From contig CANAQK010000003.1 of assembly GCA_947363605.1 (NCBI GenBank), positions 1,415-65,414 of the forward strand: DNA of 64,000 nt, in the 5' to 3' direction. The DNA comes from an uncultured Clostridia bacterium. GTDB lineage: Bacteria; Bacillota; Clostridia; Oscillospirales; Ruminococcaceae. The translations under genes were made by a program, and so were the position numbers. This document shows positions 9,598 to 18,639 of this stretch, piece after piece. The notes beneath the pieces were generated by a model. It saw only the letters and a list, made by a program, of their open reading frames with translations, had not been told where the DNA came from and searched no databases. How positions within the stretch are numbered: the stretch's first letter is position 1; each line of letters begins with the position of its first letter.

Positions 9598-9778
9598 TAT
9601 AGTCGGCACACTTGAAAATCGGTACCCGCTTTTCAAGTCAGGCTTTGCCTGTCCATACATAAAATGCGCTGTGCGCCGTCTATGAAGCACTACCGCATGG
9701 CCGCTTCGCTGCCCACTGCGGCATAATGCCGCAGTATTGAAAAGAAGCATTGGCTTCTTTTCAAGCGCGTTGACTATA
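9598..9778 (+). repeat. Interspersed structured repeat, copy A (181 bp, inverted termini TATAGTCGGCACA / TTGACTATA)
   Basis: It shares its architecture, and long identical stretches, with 50633-50815. The hairpins are CTTGAAAA/TTTTCAAG, CAGGC/GCCTG, CTGCGGC/GCCGCAG and TTGAAAAGAAGC/GCTTCTTTTCAA. Confidence 0.8.
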
Positions 9779-10615
9779 GTAGGCCTGCATCTGAGCGGCG
9801 TCCTCTGCCTGGGTTCCGGCCGATTCACAAATGATCCGAGGCTCCAGTCCCCGCTCTGTCAGCAGGTCGATCAGCGGCTCAAATTCCGGGCCATAACGGG
9901 AATCCGAAAATACCAGATGGCACTTTTCCCCACCCTTTTCGGTGAACTCAATCCGGGAAAAATGTGCGTGAAAAGACTTCGCCCGTTCGGAACCCAGACG
10001 GTTCGCGATCTCATCCAGGATTTTCTCATAATCTTCCCGTATTTGAATGGCACCCAGACTGCGTGCATACAGATGCCCAAAATCCACACAAGGCAAAAAG
10101 CGTTCTTCCAGCTCACAGAGGGCTAACACTTCATCCAGATCTCCCAGCTGATTGATTTTCCCCATGGTTTCAGGACAAAGATGAATCTTCGAGTAGCCCT
10201 GGTCATCCAGTGCTGCCTGCGCCCGTTTCAGTGTATCCAGGGCATAATGAAGGGCTTGTTCCCGGCTCAGCTTCCCACAGGAGCCGGAATGGACGACAAT
10301 CCGGTCCGCACCCAGCCAGGACGCAATCCTGGCCGATTCCACCAAATAGCCAATGCTGTTCTCCCGCTTTTCTGCCTCCACGCTGGAAAGAGAGATGTAA
10401 TACGGCGAATGAAGGGAAAGTGCGATCCCCGCTTCGCGGCATCGTTCCCCCAAAGTACGGGCCGTATTCTCATTCACACGCAGTCCGTGCCCGCATTGAT
10501 ACTCAAAAGCGGTTAATTCGAATCGGGTAAGGTAATCCGGTATTTCAACGGTTTTTTTATAGCCCATTTCAGCAAAACTGTTTGGAGTACCGGCCGGCCC
10601 AAAACGTACACTCAT
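9761..10615 (-). CDS. Endonuclease IV-like TIM-barrel protein (AP endonuclease family 2 fold)
   Basis: It has the motifs LSLHSPYYISL, IVVHSGS, LCPETMG, VDFGHLYA and HAHFSRIEF. The last codons (YYSQRA-stop) lie inside repeat A. Confidence 0.7.
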   Translation of the reverse strand: MSVRFGPAGTPNSFAEMGYKKTVEIPDYLTRFELTAFEYQCGHGLRVNENTARTLGERCREAGIALSLHSPYYISLSSVEAEKRENSIGYLVESARIASWLGADRIVVHSGSCGKLSREQALHYALDTLKRAQAALDDQGYSKIHLCPETMGKINQLGDLDEVLALCELEERFLPCVDFGHLYARSLGAIQIREDYEKILDEIANRLGSERAKSFHAHFSRIEFTEKGGEKCHLVFSDSRYGPEFEPLIDLLTERGLEPRIICESAGTQAEDAAQMQAYYSQRA

Positions 10616-11118
10616 AACCTTCCTCCGTTTTTCCTTTGGTATTTACGGATATGAAACTGCTCTAGACTTCTCTTCAACCGGAAAAAAAACCCGCTTTCCA
10701 ATTCAAACGGTTCCACCAGGACCGTCCAAAATCCAGCAGCATTCCCACCCAAAATATCCGTATAAATCTGATCGCCTACCAACCCAATCTGATCGGCGGA
10801 AAGCCCCATTTGACGCTGTGCCCTTTTTAACCCATACGGCAGCGGCTTACACCCCATCGCTACAAAATCCAGGCCCAGCCGCTGGGCAAAAGGCGTTACT
10901 CTCTCTCTGGTATTGTTTGAGACAAGCATCAATTTCATCCCTTGGGATTTCATAGAAGCAAGCCAATCCAGCACAATTGGGAGTACCTCCTGGCTTCCGT
11001 GCAGCGTCAGGGTATTATCCACATCCAGCACAATCCCTTTGATCCCACGTTTTTTCAGATCCGAAAATCCCAGTTCCGTAAGATTATTCAGCATCAGGTC
11101 CGGGGTAAACAAAGACAT
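10612..11118 (-). CDS. yqeG: YqeG-family HAD-IIIA phosphatase
   Basis: It has the motifs GIVLDVDNTL, LVSNN and GDQIYTDILGGN. Its stop overlaps the next gene's start. Confidence 0.85.
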   Translation of the reverse strand: MSLFTPDLMLNNLTELGFSDLKKRGIKGIVLDVDNTLTLHGSQEVLPIVLDWLASMKSQGMKLMLVSNNTRERVTPFAQRLGLDFVAMGCKPLPYGLKRAQRQMGLSADQIGLVGDQIYTDILGGNAAGFWTVLVEPFELESGFFFRLKRSLEQFHIRKYQRKNGGRL

Positions 11119-11189
11119 GGGGCCTCCTCCTTTCCAAAAGATAATTCTGTATCCCTTTCGCTCATCTGCAGGTGCTGGAATACGAAGCA

Positions 11190-11237
11190 GTCTTCAAAAA
11201 TGAAATAGGTTGAAAGAAGCGCGGCTCCTTTCAACCT
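11190..11237 (-). terminator. Intrinsic terminator downstream of rpsU
   Basis: On the minus strand, AGGTTGAAAGgagccgcgcttCTTTCAACCT is followed by ATTTCATTTTT. Confidence 0.55.
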
Positions 11238-11250
11238 AATTTGCAAACAC

Positions 11251-11427
11251 TTATTTATACTTGCGTTTACGAGCAGCCTCAGACTTCTTTTTACGTCTTA
11301 CAGAAGGCTTTTCATAATGTTCTCTTTTACGAACCTCAGCCAGTACACCAGATTTTGCACAAGATCTCTTAAATCTTCTGAGTGCGCTGTCTAACGATTC
11401 ATTTTCCTTTACGCGAACTTCTGACAC
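11251..11427 (-). CDS. rpsU: 30S ribosomal protein S21 (58 aa, below the ORF-track cutoff)
   Basis: My own translation is [58 protein letters not shown]. It has a GTG start and a GGGAGGG RBS. Confidence 0.92.
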   Translation of the reverse strand: MSEVRVKENESLDSALRRFKRSCAKSGVLAEVRKREHYEKPSVRRKKKSEAARKRKYK

Positions 11428-11486
11428 TTTATTCCCTCCCTTTGCCGCCGAGACAGAGGTTTACAATCAATATTGCAACGTAAACT

Positions 11487-11515
11487 ATTATAGTAAGATT
11501 TCGACGTATTGTCAA
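11487..11515 (-). promoter_or_regulatory. Consensus sigma-A promoter for rpsU
   Basis: The minus strand reads TTGACA, a 17-nt spacer, then TATAAT (-35 at 11515-11510, -10 at 11492-11487). Confidence 0.6.
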
Positions 11516-11544
11516 GCCTTTTTCTAAAAATAACGAAGTAATTT

Positions 11545-13950
11545 CTATTTTACCACGATATTGACCAGCTTATTCGGGACCGCAATTTCCTTGACAATCT
11601 GCTTCCCTTGAATGGCCGCCTGCACCTTGCTGTCCGCCTTCGCCGCTGCAACTGCCTCTTCCTTCGGGCAGTCCGCCGGGAGGTTCAGCTTGGATTTGAT
11701 CTTCCCGTTTACCTGGACAGCCACCTCAATGGTATCCTCTTTGCACTTATCCGCATCGTAAACCGGCCAGCTTTGTTCAAACAGCAGTCCCTCATACCCG
11801 TTCAGCTGATAAAGCTCCTCGGTGATATGAGGTGCAAATGGGTTCAGCAACATCAGCAGGGTACGATAGTCGGTACGTGTCAAGCCATCCTGTGCCTGAA
11901 TCTCATTCAGCAGGGACATCATCGCCGCAATCGCGGTATTGAATTTCAGATGCTCGATATCCTCGCTGACCTTTTTGATCGTGCGGTGGAAGGAAGCCTC
12001 CAAGGCTGGTGAATAGCCCTCCGCGTCTGTTAAATTATCCTGAAGGTTCCAAACCCGGTCCAGGAAACGTTTGCAGCCCTTTAAGCCGTTTTGGCTCCAG
12101 GGCGCCGATTTTTCAAAGTCGCCGATGAACATTTCATACAGGCGCATGGTGTCCGCCCCGTACTCCGCTACGATATCATCCGGATTGACCACGTTCCCGC
12201 GGGACTTGCTCATCTTTTCGCCGTTCTCGCCCAGGATCATCCCATGGCTTGTCCGTTTTGCATAAGGCTCTTCACAGGGAACCACGCCGATATCATAAAG
12301 GAATTTATGCCAAAACCGCGAATAAAGCAGGTGAAGGGTGGTGTGCTCCATCCCGCCATTATACCAATCTACCGGAAGCCAGTACTCCAGCGCTTCCTTG
12401 GCTGCCAAAGCCGAAACATTATCCGGATCACAGTACCGAAGGAAATACCAGGACGAGCCTGCCCATTGAGGCATGGTGTCGGTTTCCCGTTTTGCCGGCC
12501 CGCCGCAGTGCGGACAGATGGTATTAACGAAGCTTTCCAGTTTGGAAAGAGGCGACTGGCCGTCCTCTGTTGGCTCAAAGGATTCAATCTCCGGCAGGCG
12601 CAGCGGAAGCTCGCTTTCCGGGATCGGGACAAAGCCGCATTTTTCGCAATGGACAATCGGGATCGGCTCGCCCCAATACCGCTGGCGTGAAAATACCCAG
12701 TCACGCAGTTTGAAATTGACCTTCGGGTAACCCAGCTTGTTCTCCTCCAGCCACTGGATAATGGCTGCTTTCGCTTCTTCCACCGAAAGGCCATTCAGGA
12801 AACCGGAATTGACCATTGTTCCCGTCGCGCAATCGGTAAAAGCTTCCTTTTCGATATCACCCCCGGCAACAACCTCCACGATCGGAAGATTGAAAGCTTT
12901 GGCGAAGTCATAGTCCCGGGTATCATGCGCCGGAACCGCCATAATCGCGCCTGTCCCATAGCTCATCAAAACATAATCCGAAATATAAATCGGGATTTCT
13001 TTCTGATTGACTGGGTTAATCGCCCGGATCCCTTGAATGCAAACGCCGGTTTTATCTTTGGCGATCTCCGCCCGCTCGAAGTCAGATTTTTTCGCCGCCG
13101 CTTCCTGGTAGACGCGGATTTCTTCGATATTCTGAATTTGATCCGCTTTCTGGGCGATCATCGGATGCTCCGGGGAAATAACCATATAAGTCGCGCCGAA
13201 AAGCGTATCCGGCCGGGTTGTATAGATCAGCAGTTCATCCCCCAGCGTCGTGACAAATTTCACTTCCGCACCGGTAGAACGGCCAATCCAGTTTTTCTGG
13301 GAGGTCTTAACCCGGTCGATATAGTCTACCTTGTCGAGATCATCAATCAGGCGCTGGGCATATTCTGTAATCTTAAGCATCCACTGGCTTTTTACCTTAT
13401 GCACTACTTCCCCGCCGCACCGCTCGCAGGCACCGTTGACTACTTCTTCATTCGCTAATACGACCTTGCAGGAGGTACACCAGTTGACAGAGGCCTCGCT
13501 TTTATAAGCCAGCCCTTTTTTGAAAAGCTGAAGGAAAATCCACTGCGTCCATTTATAGTAAGCTGGATCCGTAGTGTTGACCTCACGGTCCCAGTCAAAG
13601 GAAAAACCCAGCGACTGCGCCTGCTTCTTAAAATGGGCCACATTCTGCGCCGTAACGATTTCGGGGTGAATATGGTTCTGCATGGCGTAGTTTTCAGTCG
13701 GGAGGCCGAATGCGTCCCATCCCATCGGGTAAAGCACATTATACCCTTCCAAACGGCGCTTCCGCGCAACAATATCCAGCGCAGTATAAGGCCGCGGATG
13801 GCCTACGTGAAGCCCCTTCCCAGAAGGATAAGGAAACTCAATCAGTGCATAATATTTGGGCTTTGTATAGTCGTTTACTGCACGGAAAGCCTTTTTTTCT
13901 TCCCATATTTTCTGCCATTTCGGCTCAATTTCCTGAAAATTATATTTCAC
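11545..13950 (-). CDS. leuS: Leucine--tRNA ligase
   Basis: The class I motifs are present ([20 protein letters not shown]). The likely start is GTG, giving (M)[12 protein letters not shown], with an AAGGAG RBS. The ORF-track extension to 14136 overlaps rsfS. Confidence 0.95.
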   Translation of the reverse strand: MKYNFQEIEPKWQKIWEEKKAFRAVNDYTKPKYYALIEFPYPSGKGLHVGHPRPYTALDIVARKRRLEGYNVLYPMGWDAFGLPTENYAMQNHIHPEIVTAQNVAHFKKQAQSLGFSFDWDREVNTTDPAYYKWTQWIFLQLFKKGLAYKSEASVNWCTSCKVVLANEEVVNGACERCGGEVVHKVKSQWMLKITEYAQRLIDDLDKVDYIDRVKTSQKNWIGRSTGAEVKFVTTLGDELLIYTTRPDTLFGATYMVISPEHPMIAQKADQIQNIEEIRVYQEAAAKKSDFERAEIAKDKTGVCIQGIRAINPVNQKEIPIYISDYVLMSYGTGAIMAVPAHDTRDYDFAKAFNLPIVEVVAGGDIEKEAFTDCATGTMVNSGFLNGLSVEEAKAAIIQWLEENKLGYPKVNFKLRDWVFSRQRYWGEPIPIVHCEKCGFVPIPESELPLRLPEIESFEPTEDGQSPLSKLESFVNTICPHCGGPAKRETDTMPQWAGSSWYFLRYCDPDNVSALAAKEALEYWLPVDWYNGGMEHTTLHLLYSRFWHKFLYDIGVVPCEEPYAKRTSHGMILGENGEKMSKSRGNVVNPDDIVAEYGADTMRLYEMFIGDFEKSAPWSQNGLKGCKRFLDRVWNLQDNLTDAEGYSPALEASFHRTIKKVSEDIEHLKFNTAIAAMMSLLNEIQAQDGLTRTDYRTLLMLLNPFAPHITEELYQLNGYEGLLFEQSWPVYDADKCKEDTIEVAVQVNGKIKSKLNLPADCPKEEAVAAAKADSKVQAAIQGKQIVKEIAVPNKLVNIVVK

Positions 13951-13990
13951 TTGCTGACACACTCCTTGTTCAATCAAATCTGTCTGCCTA

Positions 13991-14347
13991 TTATTCCGCA
14001 AGCAGCTCTTCCAGCGGGATCTGAACACCGTCCCCCCACAGCTTTTCAAGATTATAGTAATTCCGTGTTTCTTCATAGAACACATGGACAATGACATCCT
14101 GGTAATCCAGGATAATCCAGCTGGCGTTGTCCACACCCTCCACCTGCCGCGGAAGCCGGCCTAACTTTTTCAGCTCAAACTCGAGTTCATCCGCCAGCGC
14201 ACGGACATGGGTCGTATTCGTAGCAGAGGCAATGACAAAATAATCCCCTAAAGTCGTTACATCATCAATCTTGATCACATCAATTTTTTCAGCTTTTTTC
14301 CGATCCAGAATCTGCACGGTGTGCTTGGTCAGTTCCAAAGAATCCAT
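13991..14347 (-). CDS. rsfS: Ribosome silencing factor RsfS
   Basis: [21 protein letters not shown]...[28 protein letters not shown] is typical of RsfS. Confidence 0.92.
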   Translation of the reverse strand: MDSLELTKHTVQILDRKKAEKIDVIKIDDVTTLGDYFVIASATNTTHVRALADELEFELKKLGRLPRQVEGVDNASWIILDYQDVIVHVFYEETRNYYNLEKLWGDGVQIPLEELLAE

Positions 14348-14397
14348 AAAAATCCTCCTTCGGGCAGCAGCCCGTTTCTATGCTTGATCCGGCTTTA

Positions 14398-15588
14398 TTA
14401 GTCGATATTGCCGTAGTCATCTTCCTGAGGCGGATTGATCAGCTCTTCGTCCCACTCCGGAGGCAGTTCTCCCTGCCCGGAGCTTTCTTCCCCAGGCGGC
14501 TGCGGATCATCCTCAAAGATGATCTCACTGGAAACCGGTTCTTCCGGCTGACTTTCCTCTGGCAGCGTTTCCTTCGAAGAAACCGGCGCTTTCGCCGGCG
14601 GGGCTTCCGATTTCAATTCCAATATTCCCAATTCTTCCGCAGGAACCGGGTCCGAATAAGGGCGGAAATAGGCATTCAGCAGGTCAGCGGTTTGCTCCCG
14701 CTGGATCGACTGCATGGCCAACCCATTTTTCCATGCTGAAGTGGTCGGAAGGATATGGAATGAGATATTGCTCATATCCACTTTCATCAATTCATTATAA
14801 TATCCCAACAGCTCCCCTAAGGTCAAATCGGTAGTGACCTCTTTGATCAATGTCGGAGCCATCGAAACAATCTGTGTCTTGCTCATGCCGAAACACTTTT
14901 TAATCAGCGCCTGCATGAATTGGTTCTGCATATCAATCCGCCCAAAATCCCCGGTAGGATAAGAATACCGTTCCCGTACCACCTTTTCAGCTTGGATACC
15001 ATTCAGCGTTTGCAGCCCTTTTTCGATTTTTACCCCTTCCAGGTAAAATGAAATCGGCACATCCATCTCAACGCCGCCAATCGCATTGACAATATTGACA
15101 AATCCGTCCATATTTACCGTGACGTAATGGTCAATCGTTAAATTCAGCGTTTTATTGATCCGTTTGGCCAACCCGTCAATCCCGCCGCTGCTTTTGGAAC
15201 CGTATACCGCGTTGATCTTTCCGGTACTGATGTCCTCGCCGATATAGGAGTCCCGAGGAATCCGCAGGGCATTGATTTTCCCGGCAGCCATGTCAAAATT
15301 GGCCACCATGATCATATCGGTCAGCTTTCCCCGGTTAGAGCCGGCTTTTTCCGTGTAGTCAATGCCAACGACCAAAATATTGACGGCTTTGTCCCGGATT
15401 TCGTTTGGTGTTATGATATCCTGGTCCAGCTTATTATCGTTCCCGGTGTCGGGCTCGTTATTTTCCAAAAAGCTGGTGTTAAACAGGAAAACACCCACGA
15501 CGCTCAAAACGGATAGAGTGATGACTACCGAGAAAATAGAGATCAGAATCCGATCCTTCAAAGACGATTTCGTTTTTTTCTTTTTCAT
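14398..15588 (-). CDS. LytR/CpsA/Psr (LCP) family protein with a Pro/Glu-rich C-terminal tail
   Basis: It has an N-terminal TM anchor and an LCP core (NILVVGIDY...TDMIMVANF...RIPRDSY). The start at 15588 forms an ATGA overlap with the yqeK stop. Confidence 0.85.
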   Translation of the reverse strand: MKKKKTKSSLKDRILISIFSVVITLSVLSVVGVFLFNTSFLENNEPDTGNDNKLDQDIITPNEIRDKAVNILVVGIDYTEKAGSNRGKLTDMIMVANFDMAAGKINALRIPRDSYIGEDISTGKINAVYGSKSSGGIDGLAKRINKTLNLTIDHYVTVNMDGFVNIVNAIGGVEMDVPISFYLEGVKIEKGLQTLNGIQAEKVVRERYSYPTGDFGRIDMQNQFMQALIKKCFGMSKTQIVSMAPTLIKEVTTDLTLGELLGYYNELMKVDMSNISFHILPTTSAWKNGLAMQSIQREQTADLLNAYFRPYSDPVPAEELGILELKSEAPPAKAPVSSKETLPEESQPEEPVSSEIIFEDDPQPPGEESSGQGELPPEWDEELINPPQEDDYGNID

Positions 15589-16184
15589 ATTCTTCCCTCT
15601 CCAGCGGGCAGGCTCCCCTGCCGGATTTTCATACAGATCCAATCACAGCACTCAAGGCTGTTTGGCAGGACCGGCCTTCCCCGGGCCGCTGCCCAATCAA
15701 TTTTCCGGCGCACCACTCTCGCCATACAAGCGTCCAGATTTCGGAAAGCCACTACGCGAAGCTCCTCCGCCTCGGCATAAGTACGATCATAGGCCGTTCC
15801 GTCGGCGACATACAGGATCTCCTCCAGCAGCGTCATCCCCGCTTTTCCGGCGGTGTGAACCCGCACTGCCGAGAGAACCTCTTCATTCCGGATGCCGAGC
15901 ACATCCCGGGCATAGAGATAGCCGGTTTCCGCATGGTATAGGCTCGGGCTTGCCCAAAAAATATCGTCATATATTATACCAGAATCCGTCAAAATTTGCA
16001 ACTGGGTCGGGACGGATTCTTCCTTTGTCAAATCATGAAGCAGGCCTGCCAGCTCAGCCGCTTCCTCATCTGCCCCATAATGAACCGCAAGCTCGCGGGC
16101 AAGCCGGGCAACCGCTAGGGTATGCCGATACCGCCCTGGGCTTAAACGGGACTCCGCCAATTGTTCAAGATCTGTTTTGGTCAT
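15585..16184 (-). CDS. yqeK: HD-domain bis(5'-nucleosyl)-tetraphosphatase YqeK
   Basis: It has an HD domain (RYRHTLAVARLA...LLHDLTKE) and the nadD-yqeK synteny is conserved. Confidence 0.85.
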   Translation of the reverse strand: MTKTDLEQLAESRLSPGRYRHTLAVARLARELAVHYGADEEAAELAGLLHDLTKEESVPTQLQILTDSGIIYDDIFWASPSLYHAETGYLYARDVLGIRNEEVLSAVRVHTAGKAGMTLLEEILYVADGTAYDRTYAEAEELRVVAFRNLDACMARVVRRKIDWAAARGRPVLPNSLECCDWICMKIRQGSLPAGEGRI

Positions 16185-16797
16185 AAAAAACCTCCTTTTT
16201 CCGGTACAATCCTTTCTCCCGGATGTAGTCAGCCACGGTGTCCGGAAGAAGCGGGCGGCAGTCCTTTCCGGCGCGGATGGCTTCCCTTATTTCGGTAGAG
16301 GAAAGCGGGAGAACCGGGATTTCTGCTATAGTAACCCGCTCGGCTAAAGAACCGAAGGAATCCCGTTTTTTTTGCAGTAAAGGCAGATCCCTTTCCATCC
16401 GTGCGGCAGCCAGTAAACGCGCACGCTGGAGGATTTCTTCCCAGCGGAACCAGCGGTCAAAGCTCAGCAGCATATCCGACCCGATTAAAAGGGTAAACTC
16501 CCCGTCTGGTTCTTCCCGGGAAAGCTGTTCCAAGGTATAGATGGTATAGCTTTTCCCGCCCAGCCGGTATTCCACATCGCTGACACGCATCCGGCTTTCC
16601 CCGGAAATCCCCAGCCGGAGCATCTCCAGCCGGTCCCTTTCGGAAGCCAGATCCTCCGCCACCTTATGCGGAGGGATACACGCCGGTATCAGCCACAATT
16701 CTTCAAAGAGGAAACGCTCCAGGCAGGCTCTTGCAAAGTGCAGATGTCCATAATGCACTGGGTTGAACGTCCCTCCAAAAAGGGCAATGGAACGCAT
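16165..16797 (-). CDS. nadD: Nicotinate-nucleotide adenylyltransferase
   Basis: It has the motifs GGTFNPVHYGHL, IPPHK and SSTEIR. Confidence 0.92.
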   Translation of the reverse strand: MRSIALFGGTFNPVHYGHLHFARACLERFLFEELWLIPACIPPHKVAEDLASERDRLEMLRLGISGESRMRVSDVEYRLGGKSYTIYTLEQLSREEPDGEFTLLIGSDMLLSFDRWFRWEEILQRARLLAAARMERDLPLLQKKRDSFGSLAERVTIAEIPVLPLSSTEIREAIRAGKDCRPLLPDTVADYIREKGLYRKKEVFYDQNRS

Positions 16798-16800
16798 GGG

Positions 16801-17091
16801 TCAAATCTCGTAGATCGGATCTTTTTTCTTCTGCTTATATAAGATAAAACGGGATCCGATTACCTGAACTATCTGGCATTCTGCCGCCTCTGCCAAATTT
16901 TCTGCCGCTTCCCGGGCGGAGAAACCGCAGTTATCCTGCACCTTGCATTTAATCATTTCACGGGCAGCCAACGCATCGTTCGCCTGCTTGAGTACCGTAG
17001 GGGTAATGCCGCTTTTCCCAATATAAAGCACAACCTCCAGCTGGTTGGCATAGCCTCGTAATACAGCCCGCTGTTTACTTGTCAATTCCAT
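16801..17091 (-). CDS. yhbY: Ribosome assembly RNA-binding protein YhbY (CRM domain)
   Basis: LTSKQRAVLRGYANQLEVVLYIGKSGITPTVLKQANDALAAREMIKCKV is a CRM domain. Confidence 0.88.
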   Translation of the reverse strand: MELTSKQRAVLRGYANQLEVVLYIGKSGITPTVLKQANDALAAREMIKCKVQDNCGFSAREAAENLAEAAECQIVQVIGSRFILYKQKKKDPIYEI

Positions 17092-17707
17092 CTTTTATTT
17101 CCTTTCCTCTTTCTTCACCCGCTGATAAAATCCCGGTCAGGCATTCCCGCAGACGGCGGAGCGCCTTCCCGCGATGGCTGACGGCATCCTTCTCCTCGGG
17201 GGAAAGCTCAGAGAAGCTGCGTTCACCGATCATGAAAACCGGGTCATAGCCAAACCCATTTTCTCCCCGCGGAGCCCGCCCGACAATTCCGGGACATTCA
17301 TCCACGATAGAGTAGACTTGCCCGTCCGATGCGATCAGGGTAATCGCGCAAACGAACTGCGCGCCCCGCTCCCCGTCTGGGACGGATTCCATTTCCTTTA
17401 AGAGCAGGGCTGTACGCTCTGCATCTGTCAAGCCAGGGCCGCCGTACCGCGCTGAATAAATCCCAGGGGCGCCGCCTAAAGCGTCCACCGCAATCCCCGA
17501 ATCGTCTGCAATGACCGCCATTCCCGTTCGGTCAAACAAGCCCTTGGCTTTTAAATAAGAATTCTCCGCAAAGGAGGAGCCGGTTTCCTCGGCCTGATCC
17601 TCGATCCCCATTTCCGTTTGGGAAACTGCCTCGATTCCAAGCGGCTCCAGGATACGGGAAAATTCCTGAACCTTGTGAGCATTTTTGGTTGCCAGGATCA
17701 ATTTCAT
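17075..17707 (-). CDS. rdgB: XTP/dITP diphosphatase (RdgB/HAM1 family)
   Basis: It has the motifs LATKNAHKVQEF, DDSGIAVDALGGAPGIYSARY and GFGYDPVF. Confidence 0.9.
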   Translation of the reverse strand: MKLILATKNAHKVQEFSRILEPLGIEAVSQTEMGIEDQAEETGSSFAENSYLKAKGLFDRTGMAVIADDSGIAVDALGGAPGIYSARYGGPGLTDAERTALLLKEMESVPDGERGAQFVCAITLIASDGQVYSIVDECPGIVGRAPRGENGFGYDPVFMIGERSFSELSPEEKDAVSHRGKALRRLRECLTGILSAGEERGKEIKDGIDK

Positions 17708-18624
17708 TCTGATTCCTCCGTATCAAACAGAGCGTCTGCAAAATCCTGCGCCGAGAAAGGCTGGAGGTCATCCAGCTGCTCTCCGACCCCGATGTATTTC
17801 ACCGGCAGGCCCAGCTCCTCTTTAATGGCGATAATAATCCCACCTTTTGCCGTACCGTCCAGCTTGGTCAGGACGATCCCAGTGATCCCAGCCGCCTCTT
17901 TGAACTCGCGAGCCTGGTTGACCCCGTTTTGCCCGGTCGTTGCATCCAATACCAGCAGCACCTCGGTGTCACAGCCCTCCGCTTCACGGGCGATAACGCG
18001 GGCTATTTTAGCCAGCTCATCCATCAGGTTTTTCTTATTGTGAAGCCGCCCCGCCGTATCGCAGAGGATCACATCGCATCCTCTGGCTTTACCGGCCTGG
18101 ATCGTATCGAATACAACAGCCGCAGGATCCGAGCCCTCACTATGCTTCACCAGATCCACACCGGCCCGATCCGCCCAGATTTGCAGCTGGTCGATTGCCG
18201 CCGCACGGAAGGTATCTGCCGCTCCAAGGATCACTTTTTTTCCATCAGCCTTCAAACTGGCTGCCAGCTTTCCGATGGTAGTGGTTTTGCCCACCCCGTT
18301 GACACCAATCATCAGAATCACGGAGGGTTTCGTTGAAATTTGAAGCTCAACCGGTCCTTCCAGCATCTCCAGAATAATCCCTTTCATCATTTTCTTAATA
18401 TTCTCAGGGTCTTTCTCCCCGGTTTCCTTGATCTTTTTGCGGAGCATATCACAGATCTTCACCGAGGTCTGCACACCGACATCGCAAAGGATCAAGGTTT
18501 CTTCCAGCTCCTCAAAAAAGTCCTCGTCGATCTTGGTGAAAGAATGCAAAACGCTTTCAACCTGCCGGACCATGGAATCCCGGGTTTTTTTCAGCCCATT
18601 TTTAATTTTTTCGAAAAAGCCCAA
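17704..18624 (-). CDS. ftsY: Signal recognition particle receptor FtsY
   Basis: It has the SRP GTPase motifs [21 protein letters not shown] and [10 protein letters not shown]. Confidence 0.95.
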   Translation of the reverse strand: MGFFEKIKNGLKKTRDSMVRQVESVLHSFTKIDEDFFEELEETLILCDVGVQTSVKICDMLRKKIKETGEKDPENIKKMMKGIILEMLEGPVELQISTKPSVILMIGVNGVGKTTTIGKLAASLKADGKKVILGAADTFRAAAIDQLQIWADRAGVDLVKHSEGSDPAAVVFDTIQAGKARGCDVILCDTAGRLHNKKNLMDELAKIARVIAREAEGCDTEVLLVLDATTGQNGVNQAREFKEAAGITGIVLTKLDGTAKGGIIIAIKEELGLPVKYIGVGEQLDDLQPFSAQDFADALFDTEESE

Positions 18625-18639
18625 TTTGTTCCCTCCTTT

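Noticed and set aside
9565-9828. The ORFs at 9565-9828 and 50135-50788 share the peptide RRRTAHFM...QAKPD, which hints at a small protein family.
   Set aside because: The shared peptide is simply the minus-strand translation of the interspersed repeat. The divergent copy C does not keep the frame, there is no RBS, and the 50-kb ORF also runs through a pseudogene.
13951-13990. A T-box leader would be expected upstream of leuS, and likewise upstream of gltX.
   Set aside because: Only 40 nt separate rsfS from leuS. The gltX upstream region is occupied by the GIY-YIG frame and a simple promoter. No specifier or T-box sequence is present.
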